From an uncultured delta proteobacterium (GTDB taxonomy: Bacteria > Desulfobacterota > Desulfobacteria > Desulfobacterales > JAHEIW01), in the NCBI GenBank assembly GCA_963706575.1, contig CAVPNL010000005.1, forward strand, positions 224,001 to 288,000: a stretch of 64,000 nucleotides of DNA. The letters run 5' to 3'. Position 1 is the stretch's first letter. Each line of letters starts with the position of its first letter. Below, piece by piece: positions 12,712-22,096 of this stretch. A model generated the notes under the pieces. That model did no database searches, was not told the DNA's origin, and saw nothing but the letters and a program-made list of their open reading frames with translations. A program made the translations under genes and the position numbers.

Positions 12712-13169
12712 GAATGCTGACTCCGATACAGGACCGCTTCGATAATATGTTTTGCCAGATCCTCAGATTCCTTTTGTACATGTTTTCTGGCTGCTGAGAT
12801 CTGGCTATCGACTTCCTTTTGGGCCTCGGCACTTAATGCGTTAATCTCTTCCCGGGTAGATGCGATTATTTCAGCAGCCTGCAGGCTGCCGGCGGCTTCC
12901 AGCTGTTCCTTTTGCTTAAAGGCTTCATTTCTGACAGCGTTTTCCTGCGCCTCTATCTGATGGGTTAAATCCTCAAACTGGTTTTCGGCTTCGACGATAT
13001 CTTTCTGGACATTTTCAACATAGGTTTCTCTTTCATTCATTAGCTTGCGCAGCGGACGGAACATGATCCGATTGATGATAAACAGAAAAATCAGAAAAGA
13101 GATGACCTGGACGATCAAGGTCTCATTTATGCTGATAAGCGCAATATTGCTGATAATTTCCATTGTCAT
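12708..13169 (-). CDS. atpF2: F0 ATP synthase subunit b'
   Basis: INETLIVQVISFLIFLFIINRIMFRPLRKLMNERE + coiled coil. Confidence 0.85.
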   Translation of the reverse strand: MTMEIISNIALISINETLIVQVISFLIFLFIINRIMFRPLRKLMNERETYVENVQKDIVEAENQFEDLTHQIEAQENAVRNEAFKQKEQLEAAGSLQAAEIIASTREEINALSAEAQKEVDSQISAARKHVQKESEDLAKHIIEAVLYRSQHS

Positions 13170-13312
13170 TCGTCCAATAAGGTACTGTAATTCGGCCAAG
13201 ACCTTACGGCCCGATTCACCTCGGACGGATGAATCAGGAATCGGATTCAAGGCCCGCCGGAGAAATCTTCGGCGAGCTCGCCTCAAATATTCAAAACTGC
13301 GATCGGTTTAAC

Positions 13313-13560
13313 TTAGACCACAAAAAGAGCAGCAAGGCGATAACCAGCGAATAAATTCCGGTGGACTCGGCAACGGCCTGGCCCACCAGCATGGTGCGGG
13401 TGAGCAGTCCGGCCTCCTGGGGATTTTTACCAATCGCCTCACAGGCCTTTGCGGCCACCATGCCTTCGCCGACGCCGGGGCCGATGGCCCCCAGCCCCAT
13501 CGAAATTCCAGCTCCGATAAATGCGGCTGCTTTGATGATATCCGCGCCTTCGATTGCCAT
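13313..13560 (-). CDS. atpE: F0 ATP synthase subunit c, single hairpin, Na+-type motif
   Basis: GAIGPGVGEG...VGQAVAESTGIY; RBS GGAGG; likely true end ...FVV-TAA at 13313 after one lost base. Confidence 0.92.
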
Positions 13561-13676
13561 TTTTAACCTCCTTGTAAAAATGTCTATTAAATTGATATCT
13601 GACTGAAGCCTTCAATACGGTTAAATTGCGGTTCGAAATTCCTAAATCACTAATCGGTAATCAGTCCAACATTACA

Positions 13677-14650
13677 TTACACCACAAATATCAACACCAG
13701 GCTGATCACCATGGCATAAATCGCCGTCGACTGGGAAACCGCCTGTCCGACCAGCATGATTCGCATCAGGTCGCCGGCATGTTCGACGTTTCGTGCCACC
13801 CATCGCACAGCCCCTTCGGCTGCCATTCCGTTGCCGATTCCCGGACCAATGCCGCCGAATCCCATGCAGAGTCCGGCCGCCAAAAGGGCCATGGCGGCGC
13901 TCAGCGCGTGGACTCGGGAAATGACTTGAACATCAGGATGAAGCTGACCAGCAGCCCGAAGATCGAGGGGGTCTGGGCCACCGCCTGGCCGACCAGCATG
14001 GTCGTGGTCACGCTTGGCGACCGTTGCGGGTTCGGGCGATGCCCTCGCAGCTGGCGCCGGCCGCCAGTCCGCCTCCGTAGCCGGACCCGATGGATGCCAG
14101 CCCCATGCTCAAACCGGCGCCCAGATAGGCCGCCCATGTTGGGGTCAGCGGGGCATTCCGAAATTCGATGAATATCAGCATCAGGGCCACAACCATGGAA
14201 AAGATGGCCGGCGTCTGGCAGACCGCCGATCCGATCAGCATATTGGTCGTCAATTGGGAGGACGCTGCCGGTTGTCTGCGAGATTCCGAAACAGGCCTCT
14301 CCGGCCGGATAGCCTGAGCCGATGCCCGAGCCGATGGCCCCGAAGCCCATACTCAGATCCGGCCCCGAAAAGCGCTGCGGCTTTTAACAGGCTGGGTTGG
14401 CGATGTCCATAAACAGCAGCAGGATGGCGATCACCAGGGCGAAAATGGACGCCGATTCGGCCACCGCCTGTCCCACCAGCATGTTTTTAAAGATTTCGCC
14501 GGAAATTTCCGTGTTCCGGGAAACGGCAATATTGGCCATGGCCGCGGTGTGGCCTTCGCCGATCGCGGCCCCGATGGCGCCAAATCCCATCGCAAAACCG
14601 CCTCCGGTATAGGCGGCCACTTTTACGATGGTTTGAATATCAATTGCCAT
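13677..14650 (-). CDS. atpE: F0 subunit c with four fused hairpins (~324 aa), split by frameshifts
   Basis: Four repeats ending ESASIF, QTPAIF, QTPSIF, QSTAIY; no internal RBS; ORF 14008-14253 spans the hairpin 2/3 junction in one frame. Confidence 0.8.
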
Positions 14651-14654
14651 GGCG

Positions 14655-15328
14655 TCATTTTACCTGCACTGATATGTAGACAACCGTTAGCATCGTAAAT
14701 ACAAAGGCCTGAATGGTGCCGACGAAAAGTCCGAAAAAACGCGTATAAGAAAGGGCGGCAGCGACAACATTGTATGACGAGGTGGGAAACCACCAGGATA
14801 ATGATCGATCCGCCCATGATGTTGCCGAACAGTCGAAAGGATATCGATACGATTTTTGCCAGTTCGCCGATGACATTGAGCGGCATCATAAAAAATATCG
14901 GCTGGAAATATTCCTTGATATAGGCCTTAAACCCCTTGGATTTTATGCCGGCGTAATGGGCGATAAAAAAGCCCATCAGGCCCAGTCCGAGGGTCGTATT
15001 CAGATCTTTGGTCGGTTCGTCCAGATGCGGAATGATGCCCAGCCAGTTGGAAAGCAGCAGAAACAGAAAGAGCGCACAGATGGGGGGCGTAGGTTTTGGC
15101 CAGCTCCTTGCCCAGCGCATCTTCGGTAAGATCGTATAGAAGGGATACGATCAGTTCCCCCAGGGCCTGGATGGGTCGGGGCAGGATTTTTCTTTTGCGG
15201 GCAAACAGCCCGAGCACGATCAGGATCGAAAAAACGATCCAGGTCATCACGATAACTTCAAGATTGATGGTGATGTTGTGGCCGAAGAAAGGAATTATCA
15301 GTTGGTGTAATCTCCCAAGTTCGCCCAT
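14655..15328 (-). CDS. atpB: F0 ATP synthase subunit a (frameshifted)
   Basis: PTKDLNTTLGL, GELAKIVSISFRLFGNIMGG, IQAFVFTMLTVVYI. Confidence 0.9.
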
Positions 15329-15340
15329 AAAAATATCCGT

Positions 15341-15727
15341 TTAAGCCTGTTTTTTCCCCATTGCGGGAATAAGGATTAATGCATGTTCGGCCAGAATGAC
15401 CAGCTGAATCATAAAGATGCCCATGATGGCTGCGACCAGATTAAACTGTTCGTACTTGACGGCTGCGATCAGCGGGATCGCCAGCAAAAGGTATCTGATA
15501 ATGATGGACCCCATGGAAATCGAAAAGGTTTTGGCCTTTGACCGGCCAAACCTCAACGCTATGGATTTACCCATTAGAATAAAATTGAGCACACTGAAAA
15601 TAGCACCCAGGATCAATCCTTTGCCCAGCGGTTTATGTCCCATCAGGATAAACACTATCCCGACACCGATGGAAAAGGTTAATGCCAGCGTCGTGTATTT
15701 TTTTTGGGCTTGCTTAACGGCGTCCAT
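15341..15727 (-). CDS. atpI: ATP synthase protein I
   Basis: Four hydrophobic segments, GLILGAIFSVLNF, directly upstream of atpB. Confidence 0.8.
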   Translation of the reverse strand: MDAVKQAQKKYTTLALTFSIGVGIVFILMGHKPLGKGLILGAIFSVLNFILMGKSIALRFGRSKAKTFSISMGSIIIRYLLLAIPLIAAVKYEQFNLVAAIMGIFMIQLVILAEHALILIPAMGKKQA

Positions 15728-15980
15728 TTGTTGAATCTTTTTTGTTCTCCGGCGGGGTTTTAAGGGTTTCTGAAATTTGCCGGTAGACGGTGACGGCACC
15801 GCCGACGATGCCTAGGATGATAAAAAGGGTGACAAATATTCCTCTGGTTCCCAACCATTTGTCCAGATACAATCCGATAAAAAAACAAAAAACGATGCAA
15901 CCGGCCATTGTCAGGCCGATTTGCATGACGATTGAAAGGCTCTCGGCCCAGGCTCGGTTTTTTTTATAATTAAAAACCAT
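15714..15980 (-). CDS. atpZ: AtpZ/AtpQ-family protein
   Basis: QIGLTMAGCIVFCFFIGLYLDKWLGT motif. Confidence 0.8.
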   Translation of the reverse strand: MVFNYKKNRAWAESLSIVMQIGLTMAGCIVFCFFIGLYLDKWLGTRGIFVTLFIILGIVGGAVTVYRQISETLKTPPENKKDSTNGRR

Positions 15981-16092
15981 TGTCCATAAAGATTCATTGA
16001 AACTAAGGAACATGTTTAAAACGTATTCGATTAGCATAGCAACAAGATCTTTGCAAGCGAATTCCCACCGCACAGTGGGCACAAAACCACCC

Positions 16093-16120
16093 TTGACAGT
16101 GACGGGTGTGTTCCTATAAT
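16093..16120 (+). promoter_or_regulatory. sigma70 promoter for the redox cluster
   Basis: TTGACA-16 nt-TATAAT, both hexamers perfect. Confidence 0.7.
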
Positions 16121-16254
16121 CATTAATATAATTTGGCTGACGAATTCAATCCGGTGATCAAGGCCTCATCATGGAAGGAATGAATGCAATTCCGGTTCTC
16201 AATCTGTTTTCCCTTTGAATCCTATTACCTTAACATTTAAGGAGGGCATTTATT

Positions 16255-16830
16255 ATGGGAAATATCTATAAATATTTGGCCGTATTCCTCGGCGTACTGC
16301 TGGTATCGGGCGGTTTTGCATGGGCCGATTCTCAACCGCCTGCCGTAGGCGGTGTGCTGCCCGAATTTACACTTCCCGTACCCCAAAGCGATGAGTACCA
16401 GAAATATTTAGGCCTGGCAGGCAAAGAATCTTTCAAAATTTCTGAGATAAGCGCCGAAGTTGTCATTGTTGAGATATTCAGTATGTACTGACCCTACTGT
16501 CAGAGGGAGGCTCCCTCTATCAACGAGATGTACCGCAAAATCGAAAGCGACAAAAGGCTCAAAGACAAAGTGAAGCTGGTGGGCATCGGTGCCGGAAATT
16601 CAGCTTTCGAGGTCGGCTATTTTAAAAAGACCTACGATATACCGTTTCCCCTTTTTCCGGATGGCAATTTTTCAATCCACAAGAAGGTCGGCGAAGTTCG
16701 AACGCCTTTTTTTATTTGTATTCGCATAAAGAAAGATGGCAGCCACGAAGTTTTTTATTCTAAAGTTGGCGGTGCCAAAGACGCCGATCTACTCCTCAAA
16801 AAACTTCTCCAGGATTCGGGGTTGCTATAA
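16255..16830 (+). CDS. exported thioredoxin-fold (TlpA/AhpC-like) selenoprotein, UxxC
   Basis: ORFs 16255-16491 and 16528-16830 share a frame; [17 protein letters not shown] puts UGA at the first Cys of CxxC; downstream hairpin; signal peptide. Confidence 0.88.
16502..16518 (+). promoter_or_regulatory. putative bacterial SECIS
   Basis: AGAGGGA-GGC-TCCCTCT hairpin, loop starts 17 nt after UGA. Confidence 0.75.
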
Positions 16831-16843
16831 GGAGGTGCTCCCT

Positions 16844-17446
16844 ATGAAAAAATTTATAATCATCAATATCGTACCCGCTCTGATCTTAGTGTTATTCGTC
16901 GCAACTGCTTTTGGAGCCTCACAAGCGTTTAAGGATAATATCTATGATCCGGGACAACTTAAACCGGTTGACAGCACCTTAAAAGTCAAAATTGGCGAAG
17001 CGGCACCGGACTTTACGCTGCCGTCTGTATCCGGAGAAAAAATTTCTCTCAGCCAGTACCGGGGCAAAAAACATGTGGTCATTTCGTTTGTCCCCGCAGC
17101 CTGGACCCCGGTGTGTTCCGATCAGTGGCCGGGTTATAATATTGTCAAAGAAATCTTTAACGAAAACGATGCCGTGCTTCTGGGCATCACGGTCGATAAC
17201 ATACCGACGCTGTATGCCTGGACCAATCAGATGGGGGACTTGTGGTTTCCGGTGCTTTCAGATTTCTGGCCCCACGGCGCAGTGGCTGAAAAATACGGTG
17301 TGCTGCGGTCCAGCGGCGTTAGCGAGCGGGCATTGATCTTCATTGATAAAAAGGGGATCATTCAGGATATTCAGGTTTCGGATATCAATGTCAGGCCTGA
17401 TCTGGCACAGTGTGCGACGACCCTGGAAAAAATGAATAAAAAATAA
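16844..17446 (+). CDS. exported peroxiredoxin-like (AhpE/AhpC-TSA) protein
   Basis: APDFTLP, FVPAAWTPVCSDQ, LSDFWPHGAVAEKYGV, ERALIFID; RBS GGAGG. Confidence 0.88.
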   Translation: MKKFIIINIVPALILVLFVATAFGASQAFKDNIYDPGQLKPVDSTLKVKIGEAAPDFTLPSVSGEKISLSQYRGKKHVVISFVPAAWTPVCSDQWPGYNIVKEIFNENDAVLLGITVDNIPTLYAWTNQMGDLWFPVLSDFWPHGAVAEKYGVLRSSGVSERALIFIDKKGIIQDIQVSDINVRPDLAQCATTLEKMNKK

Positions 17447-17452
17447 TGGAAG

Positions 17453-17944
17453 ATGACTTTGATGGATCTGATTCGGCGCACGTTTATATCTCTAGCAGCC
17501 CTGCTCTTAATGGTTTTCTTCATCATGCATACTGATGCGAGTGCCGCAGTCACCATTCAGAAGATTTCGGAATCGGCGCTTGATGAGTTGATCAATACCC
17601 GTGACCATAAGATGGTGGTCACCTTTATGGCGGCCTGGTGTGGACCCTGCATTGACGAGCTGCCTGTCTTAAACAAATTATACCAAAAGTATAAAGTCCA
17701 GGGCCTAAAATTGATCGGTATCAGTATCGATCTGGCAGGGCCTCAGGCGATGCAGCCGATCATTGATAAATTGAAGGTCGGTTTTCCGGTTTACTGGTAT
17801 GGCGAATCCGCCGTCCAAAAATTTTCCATATACGCGATACCGATGATTTTTTGGGTGAAAGACGGCCGGATTGTCGAAAAAATGCCGGGCAGGCGATCCG
17901 GTAAGGAGCTGGACAAAAAGATTCGGAAATTTTTGGCGGAATAG
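17453..17944 (+). CDS. TlpA-family thiol-disulfide oxidoreductase
   Basis: FMAAWCGPCIDELP; signal/anchor; IP cis-Pro motif. Confidence 0.88.
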   Translation: MTLMDLIRRTFISLAALLLMVFFIMHTDASAAVTIQKISESALDELINTRDHKMVVTFMAAWCGPCIDELPVLNKLYQKYKVQGLKLIGISIDLAGPQAMQPIIDKLKVGFPVYWYGESAVQKFSIYAIPMIFWVKDGRIVEKMPGRRSGKELDKKIRKFLAE

Positions 17945-18099
17945 CCGTTACGGTTTACGCGTTGCGTGTTACGGGTTACGCGTTTCGAGGTGTGCGTTTC
18001 GCTTCGGATTGTAGTTGCATCTTACGGGTAAAAAAAACGTTTAATTGCATCGTTTGCAGACATATTCAACCCGCAACGCGTAACACGCAACACGGAACT
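17945..18099. repeat. 7-nt tandem/inverted repeat cassette (GTTRCGN / NCGYAAC)
   Basis: gttacgg-tttacgc-gttgcgt-gttacgg-gttacgc ... aacccgc-aacgcgt-aacacgc-aacacgg between convergent genes. Confidence 0.75.
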
Positions 18100-18118
18100 G
18101 ACCTTCAAGACAAGTGAG

Positions 18119-20070
18119 CTAATTTCCCTTGAGAGATTCCTTGCTGTTAAGCGCCTTCTCAACAGCATCCAAAATCTGATCCACGGTGTAAAAGGCGCTT
18201 TTAAAAACCGGATTGCCGTCCGGCGCGAAAACAACCAGCAGGGGGACCGTCAGACTGCCGACCTCCTCAAGTTTGGCTTTTCCGGCGGGATTGTTACCGG
18301 TGATGTCGACTTTCATCGCAACGATATGCTTCTGTGCCAGAAGCTTGATAATTCGTTGATCATGCAGCACACTTTCCTCGAGCACCTTGCAGTTTAGACA
18401 CCATTCGGCCGTAAAATCCATTACGACTGTTTTTCGTTGCACGATGGCCGCCTCAAAACGCTCGGGTGTGTAATAGGTCCATTTAATCGGTCCTTCATCC
18501 GACAAACGCCATGCCCCCCAGATTGGCGACACCATCAAAATAAAACCCAGGCTCACAAAAACACGTTTTGGTTATTTTATTTCCAGCCAGTGCCAGTGTC
18601 CGAAAAGCCAGCCAGGCGCCGCCGGCTGCAACCAGACCCATTACCGGCCACCAGTAAATTTTGCTCGGCGGGTCTGGGTGCAGAACTCAGCAGGGCACTG
18701 ATGCCAACGCCCAGAAAATAGGCAGCCGCCGCTAACATAAACAGGCCCATCACCTGTTTGATGAGCTCGCTGGCCGGTCCGGCTTTCGGCATGCGGTTGA
18801 CCAGATGGGGGAACGCTGAAAGCAACAGATACGGCAGGGCCATGCCCCCGCCGATGGCAGCAAAAGTAGACACGGTAGTCAGGGGACTTTGCGTCGCTGC
18901 CCAGGCGGCGGCCGCCCCCATAAAAGGCGCCGTACAGGGCGTTGATAAAACGGCTGCCAGAATGCCCAGCGCAAAAGATCCCCGCAGACTGTCCTGCTGG
19001 GGGTTGATCATGTAGATGAATTGGGGCAGACGAATCGAAAAAAAGCCAAACATCCCCAATGCCATGATCCCGATGACGCTGCCGACCAGGATGGTAAAAA
19101 CCGGATATTGGAACAATTGATTGGTGGCGGTAAAATCACTGACCAGTGCGATCAGGATACCCAGACCGATCCAAAACGCCAAAAGCCCCAGAGACATGAC
19201 CAATCCCAGCAGAAAACACCTTTTTCGATCTTCGGCTGCGTGGGACAAACTGATGATCTTGATCGGTATCAGTGGCAGGACACAGGGGGTAAAGTTCAGC
19301 AGCATTCCGCCCAACGCCGCTGTAAAGAGGAGCAATATCCATCCGAACCCCGATGCGGTATTGAAAGAAAATTTCCAGCCGAAAATATTGAATTTGATCC
19401 GTTTTGCCGGTGAACCCTCAACTCCGGAGGCCAGATTCACAAACAGTTCTGCATTTATTTTTGATGGGGTGACTCCGGATCCGGCCACCAGCAGCGTTTC
19501 TTTTAAGCGCTTTTTTTGCGGAAACAGGCAGTAGGTGTCCGAGCACGCCTGGTATTCTACCATTAATTCCAGTTCGATGATCCCCGGTTTTATCTGCTCA
19601 TCCAATTTCATCGGCAGGTAGATGATGGCCCGGCCTTCAAACGACATCAACGCGCCGCTGGCATAATCGACTTCAACCGGTATGGCCTGCGGGAAGCGGG
19701 CGGTCTCGATGGTGACGCCTTCGGGGGCAGCGATAACCTGAACTTTGGTGGGGTAGGGTTTGAAATCTTCAAAAGGCTGGACCTGGCTTTCATCGGCATT
19801 GATGTGAATGCCGTCTTTAATATCGATCACAACGGCCAGGACAACCGGGTCTCCGGGACGCGCCCGGTCAACCGACCAGGCAGTCTTGACTTGAACCACA
19901 TCTGAGGCCGAAGGGGAATCGGCAGCCTGCAACAGGCTGCCGATTTCTTTTTGGTCTTTGGCAATGGAAGCCCACGGCACCATTACCACCAAAATTAGTC
20001 CCAATCCGCAGGTGAAAACAACACGTTTCATATGGGTCAAAACAGCTTCGTATTTGTTACTCAGGTTCAT
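18119..20070 (-). CDS. dsbD: DsbD/ScsB-like protein-disulfide reductase (frameshifted near 18560-18680)
   Basis: QACSDTYC (alpha), LNFTPCVLP and STPCTAPF (beta), DFTAEWCLNCK (gamma). Confidence 0.88.
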
Positions 20071-20092
20071 AGGTTCAAGGATTAAATAAAAA

Positions 20093-20142
20093 CGGTGTCA
20101 GGTGTCAGGTGTCAGGATTGGCAGAGCTGACACCTGAACACT
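20093..20142. repeat. GGTGTCA tandem/inverted cassette
   Basis: ggtgtca x3 ... ctgacacctgaacac. Confidence 0.75.
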
Positions 20143-20149
20143 GGCCGCT

Positions 20150-21031
20150 TTACTGAAGTTCGAGCTGAATACCGCTTTTTAAGCCCATTTCCTGCGCTTT
20201 TATATCCAGATGCAAAGTTGCAACAAATTCCAGAGGTGGATAAATGATACGGTCTGCATTACGCTTATCGACGGCCTTTATATACGTTTTGCAACTGTCA
20301 CACACATCGACGCGGTAGTCTTTTTCGGTTTCGCTGAAGTAGTAATGCAAGGTGTTGCTGTCCTTATTTTCGCAAAAGGGGCAATAGATTCTTGGGGCCG
20401 CCCACTGATGCCAGCAGAATCCGCAAAATAAAACACGTTGCCCTTCGTCTTCAAACAGTGAAAATCCAGGGGCGCTGCCGCAAATGGGACAAAAACCCTT
20501 ATCCCACGGTTGGTCTGAATCCAGATAGGATGCAAGCTGCTCGGCGCAATGGACCACCGAGGGTTTGATGCTGCTGTAGGCAACCAAGGCCAGGGCTTTT
20601 TGTTCGATGCCAAGATCTTTTTCGGCTTTTTTAAAATAAGCATCTTCTGCTTTTAAAAGAGCGGCAAAAAGAGGCTTCGGATCCAGTGCCCCGGAGGCGA
20701 CGGCTTTGCGGATGACCCGGGCGGAATCCGCCATATCCGGGTTGGCCGCTTCGACGATCCGGCAGATGCGCTCTAAAAGGGCGATGGCTGCATCAGGTTC
20801 GAGCTCAAAATCGGCCATATCGATCAGCGAAAATTTTTCCTTTTTCTTTAGCGCCAGGATTTCTTCACTGATTTTTAGAGGGTCTATTTTTATCTGGCTC
20901 TTGGAATCTTCCTGGGCCACAAAAATTTTCTCGTAAAAGTTCAAAAGCTCTGCGTAAGTCGGCCGCAGCTTTTTCAGGGCGGCAGCCGCCTGTTTAACCT
21001 GTTGTGAGGTAATGGCCAGATAAGCGGTCAT
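20150..21031 (-). CDS. fdhE: formate dehydrogenase accessory protein
   Basis: CPICG, CGFC, CPFC, CDSC; next to fdh genes. Confidence 0.92.
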   Translation of the reverse strand: MTAYLAITSQQVKQAAAALKKLRPTYAELLNFYEKIFVAQEDSKSQIKIDPLKISEEILALKKKEKFSLIDMADFELEPDAAIALLERICRIVEAANPDMADSARVIRKAVASGALDPKPLFAALLKAEDAYFKKAEKDLGIEQKALALVAYSSIKPSVVHCAEQLASYLDSDQPWDKGFCPICGSAPGFSLFEDEGQRVLFCGFCWHQWAAPRIYCPFCENKDSNTLHYYFSETEKDYRVDVCDSCKTYIKAVDKRNADRIIYPPLEFVATLHLDIKAQEMGLKSGIQLELQ

Positions 21032-21049
21032 GTGTTCTCCTTTTATTTA

Positions 21050-21252
21050 GATGTCAGGTTTCAGGTGTCAGGTATGAAAAGCTACAGATGACAGAGATTC
21101 GAAACAAAAATCCAGGCACCAATAAATTTTCACCAGTTTGAATATCGAATATCAAACAAGGAATTTCGAATGATGAGGTTTTCTTTTCCTTCGACATTCA
21201 TTATTCCTTGTTCGGTGTCCTGCTGATCTCTGTTTTCTGGCACCTGACACCA
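21050..21252. repeat. GGTGTCA cassette with a second nested inverted repeat
   Basis: tgtcaggtttcaggtgtcagg ... ctggcacctgacacc enclosing aacaaggaat...gaatg / cattc...attccttgtt. Confidence 0.6.
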
Positions 21253-21302
21253 TAAAAATAGAATATAAGACCTAAAAAAAGCCTATCATACCTTTTGTTA
21301 AT

Positions 21303-21338
21303 AAAAAAGGGGAGTCGGTAAACCGTCTCCCCTCTTTA
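21303..21338 (-). terminator. intrinsic terminator after fdh beta gene
   Basis: aaaaaaggggagtcggt-aa-accgtctcccctcttt hairpin. Confidence 0.65.
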
Positions 21339-21362
21339 TGGTGATGCTGGCGCTGGTTATTT

Positions 21363-22082
21363 CTAAACCAGGTGTGAGACAAAATTTCTAAGCGGCCGTA
21401 ACATTCTCTTTAACGCCACCTGCCGAGAAATACCAAAGTGCGTGTTTGAGGCAACCGCAAACTCATGGTAAAGGCCGGGGTTATAAGCGACCATATAAAT
21501 GACCCGAATGTCATTCGCATCCAGCAGCATGGCCGCGGGCTGGGTCCTTTTAACAACCGCCAGCCGCTTTTGGGCGAGATCCAGCATTTCCTGACGCTCC
21601 CCGAAGTTCATGGCACCCGTCGGGCAGGTCTTGACACAGGCCGGTTGCATCCCGGCCCCAACCCGGTCATAGCACATATCGCACTTGGCCAGGGCACCGT
21701 CGGGTCCCTTACGCGGAATGTTGTACGGGCAGGATTCGATGATCTCGGCGGCATTCAGATTTTTGGTTGCGGCCGTGTAAATCACCGCCCCGGAGGGCTC
21801 ATCATAGTATATGGCTGCCGGATCGCCGGCGGTCTCAAGACAGGGCGCCTCGATGCAGTGCCGGCATTGTTCCGGAAAAAACAGCCATTTGAGTTGCCCG
21901 CCGATGACCGCCTCGTTCATCCTGACCAGCTTGTAGGTATCAAAGGAGAGATCGGCCGGATTCTGGTAAGTCCCCCGGTTGGTCGTTTCTTCTGCGGGAA
22001 GATCATGCCACGCCTTGCAGGCGACCTGACAGCCCCTGCAGGCCGTACATAATGTGGTATCAATAAAAAATGACTTACTCAT
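21363..22082 (-). CDS. fdhB: formate dehydrogenase iron-sulfur (beta) subunit
   Basis: CTACRGCQVAC, CRHCIEAPC, CDMCYDR, PACVKTCPTGA. Confidence 0.92.
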   Translation of the reverse strand: MSKSFFIDTTLCTACRGCQVACKAWHDLPAEETTNRGTYQNPADLSFDTYKLVRMNEAVIGGQLKWLFFPEQCRHCIEAPCLETAGDPAAIYYDEPSGAVIYTAATKNLNAAEIIESCPYNIPRKGPDGALAKCDMCYDRVGAGMQPACVKTCPTGAMNFGERQEMLDLAQKRLAVVKRTQPAAMLLDANDIRVIYMVAYNPGLYHEFAVASNTHFGISRQVALKRMLRPLRNFVSHLV

Positions 22083-22096
22083 GCGATCACCTCCTT

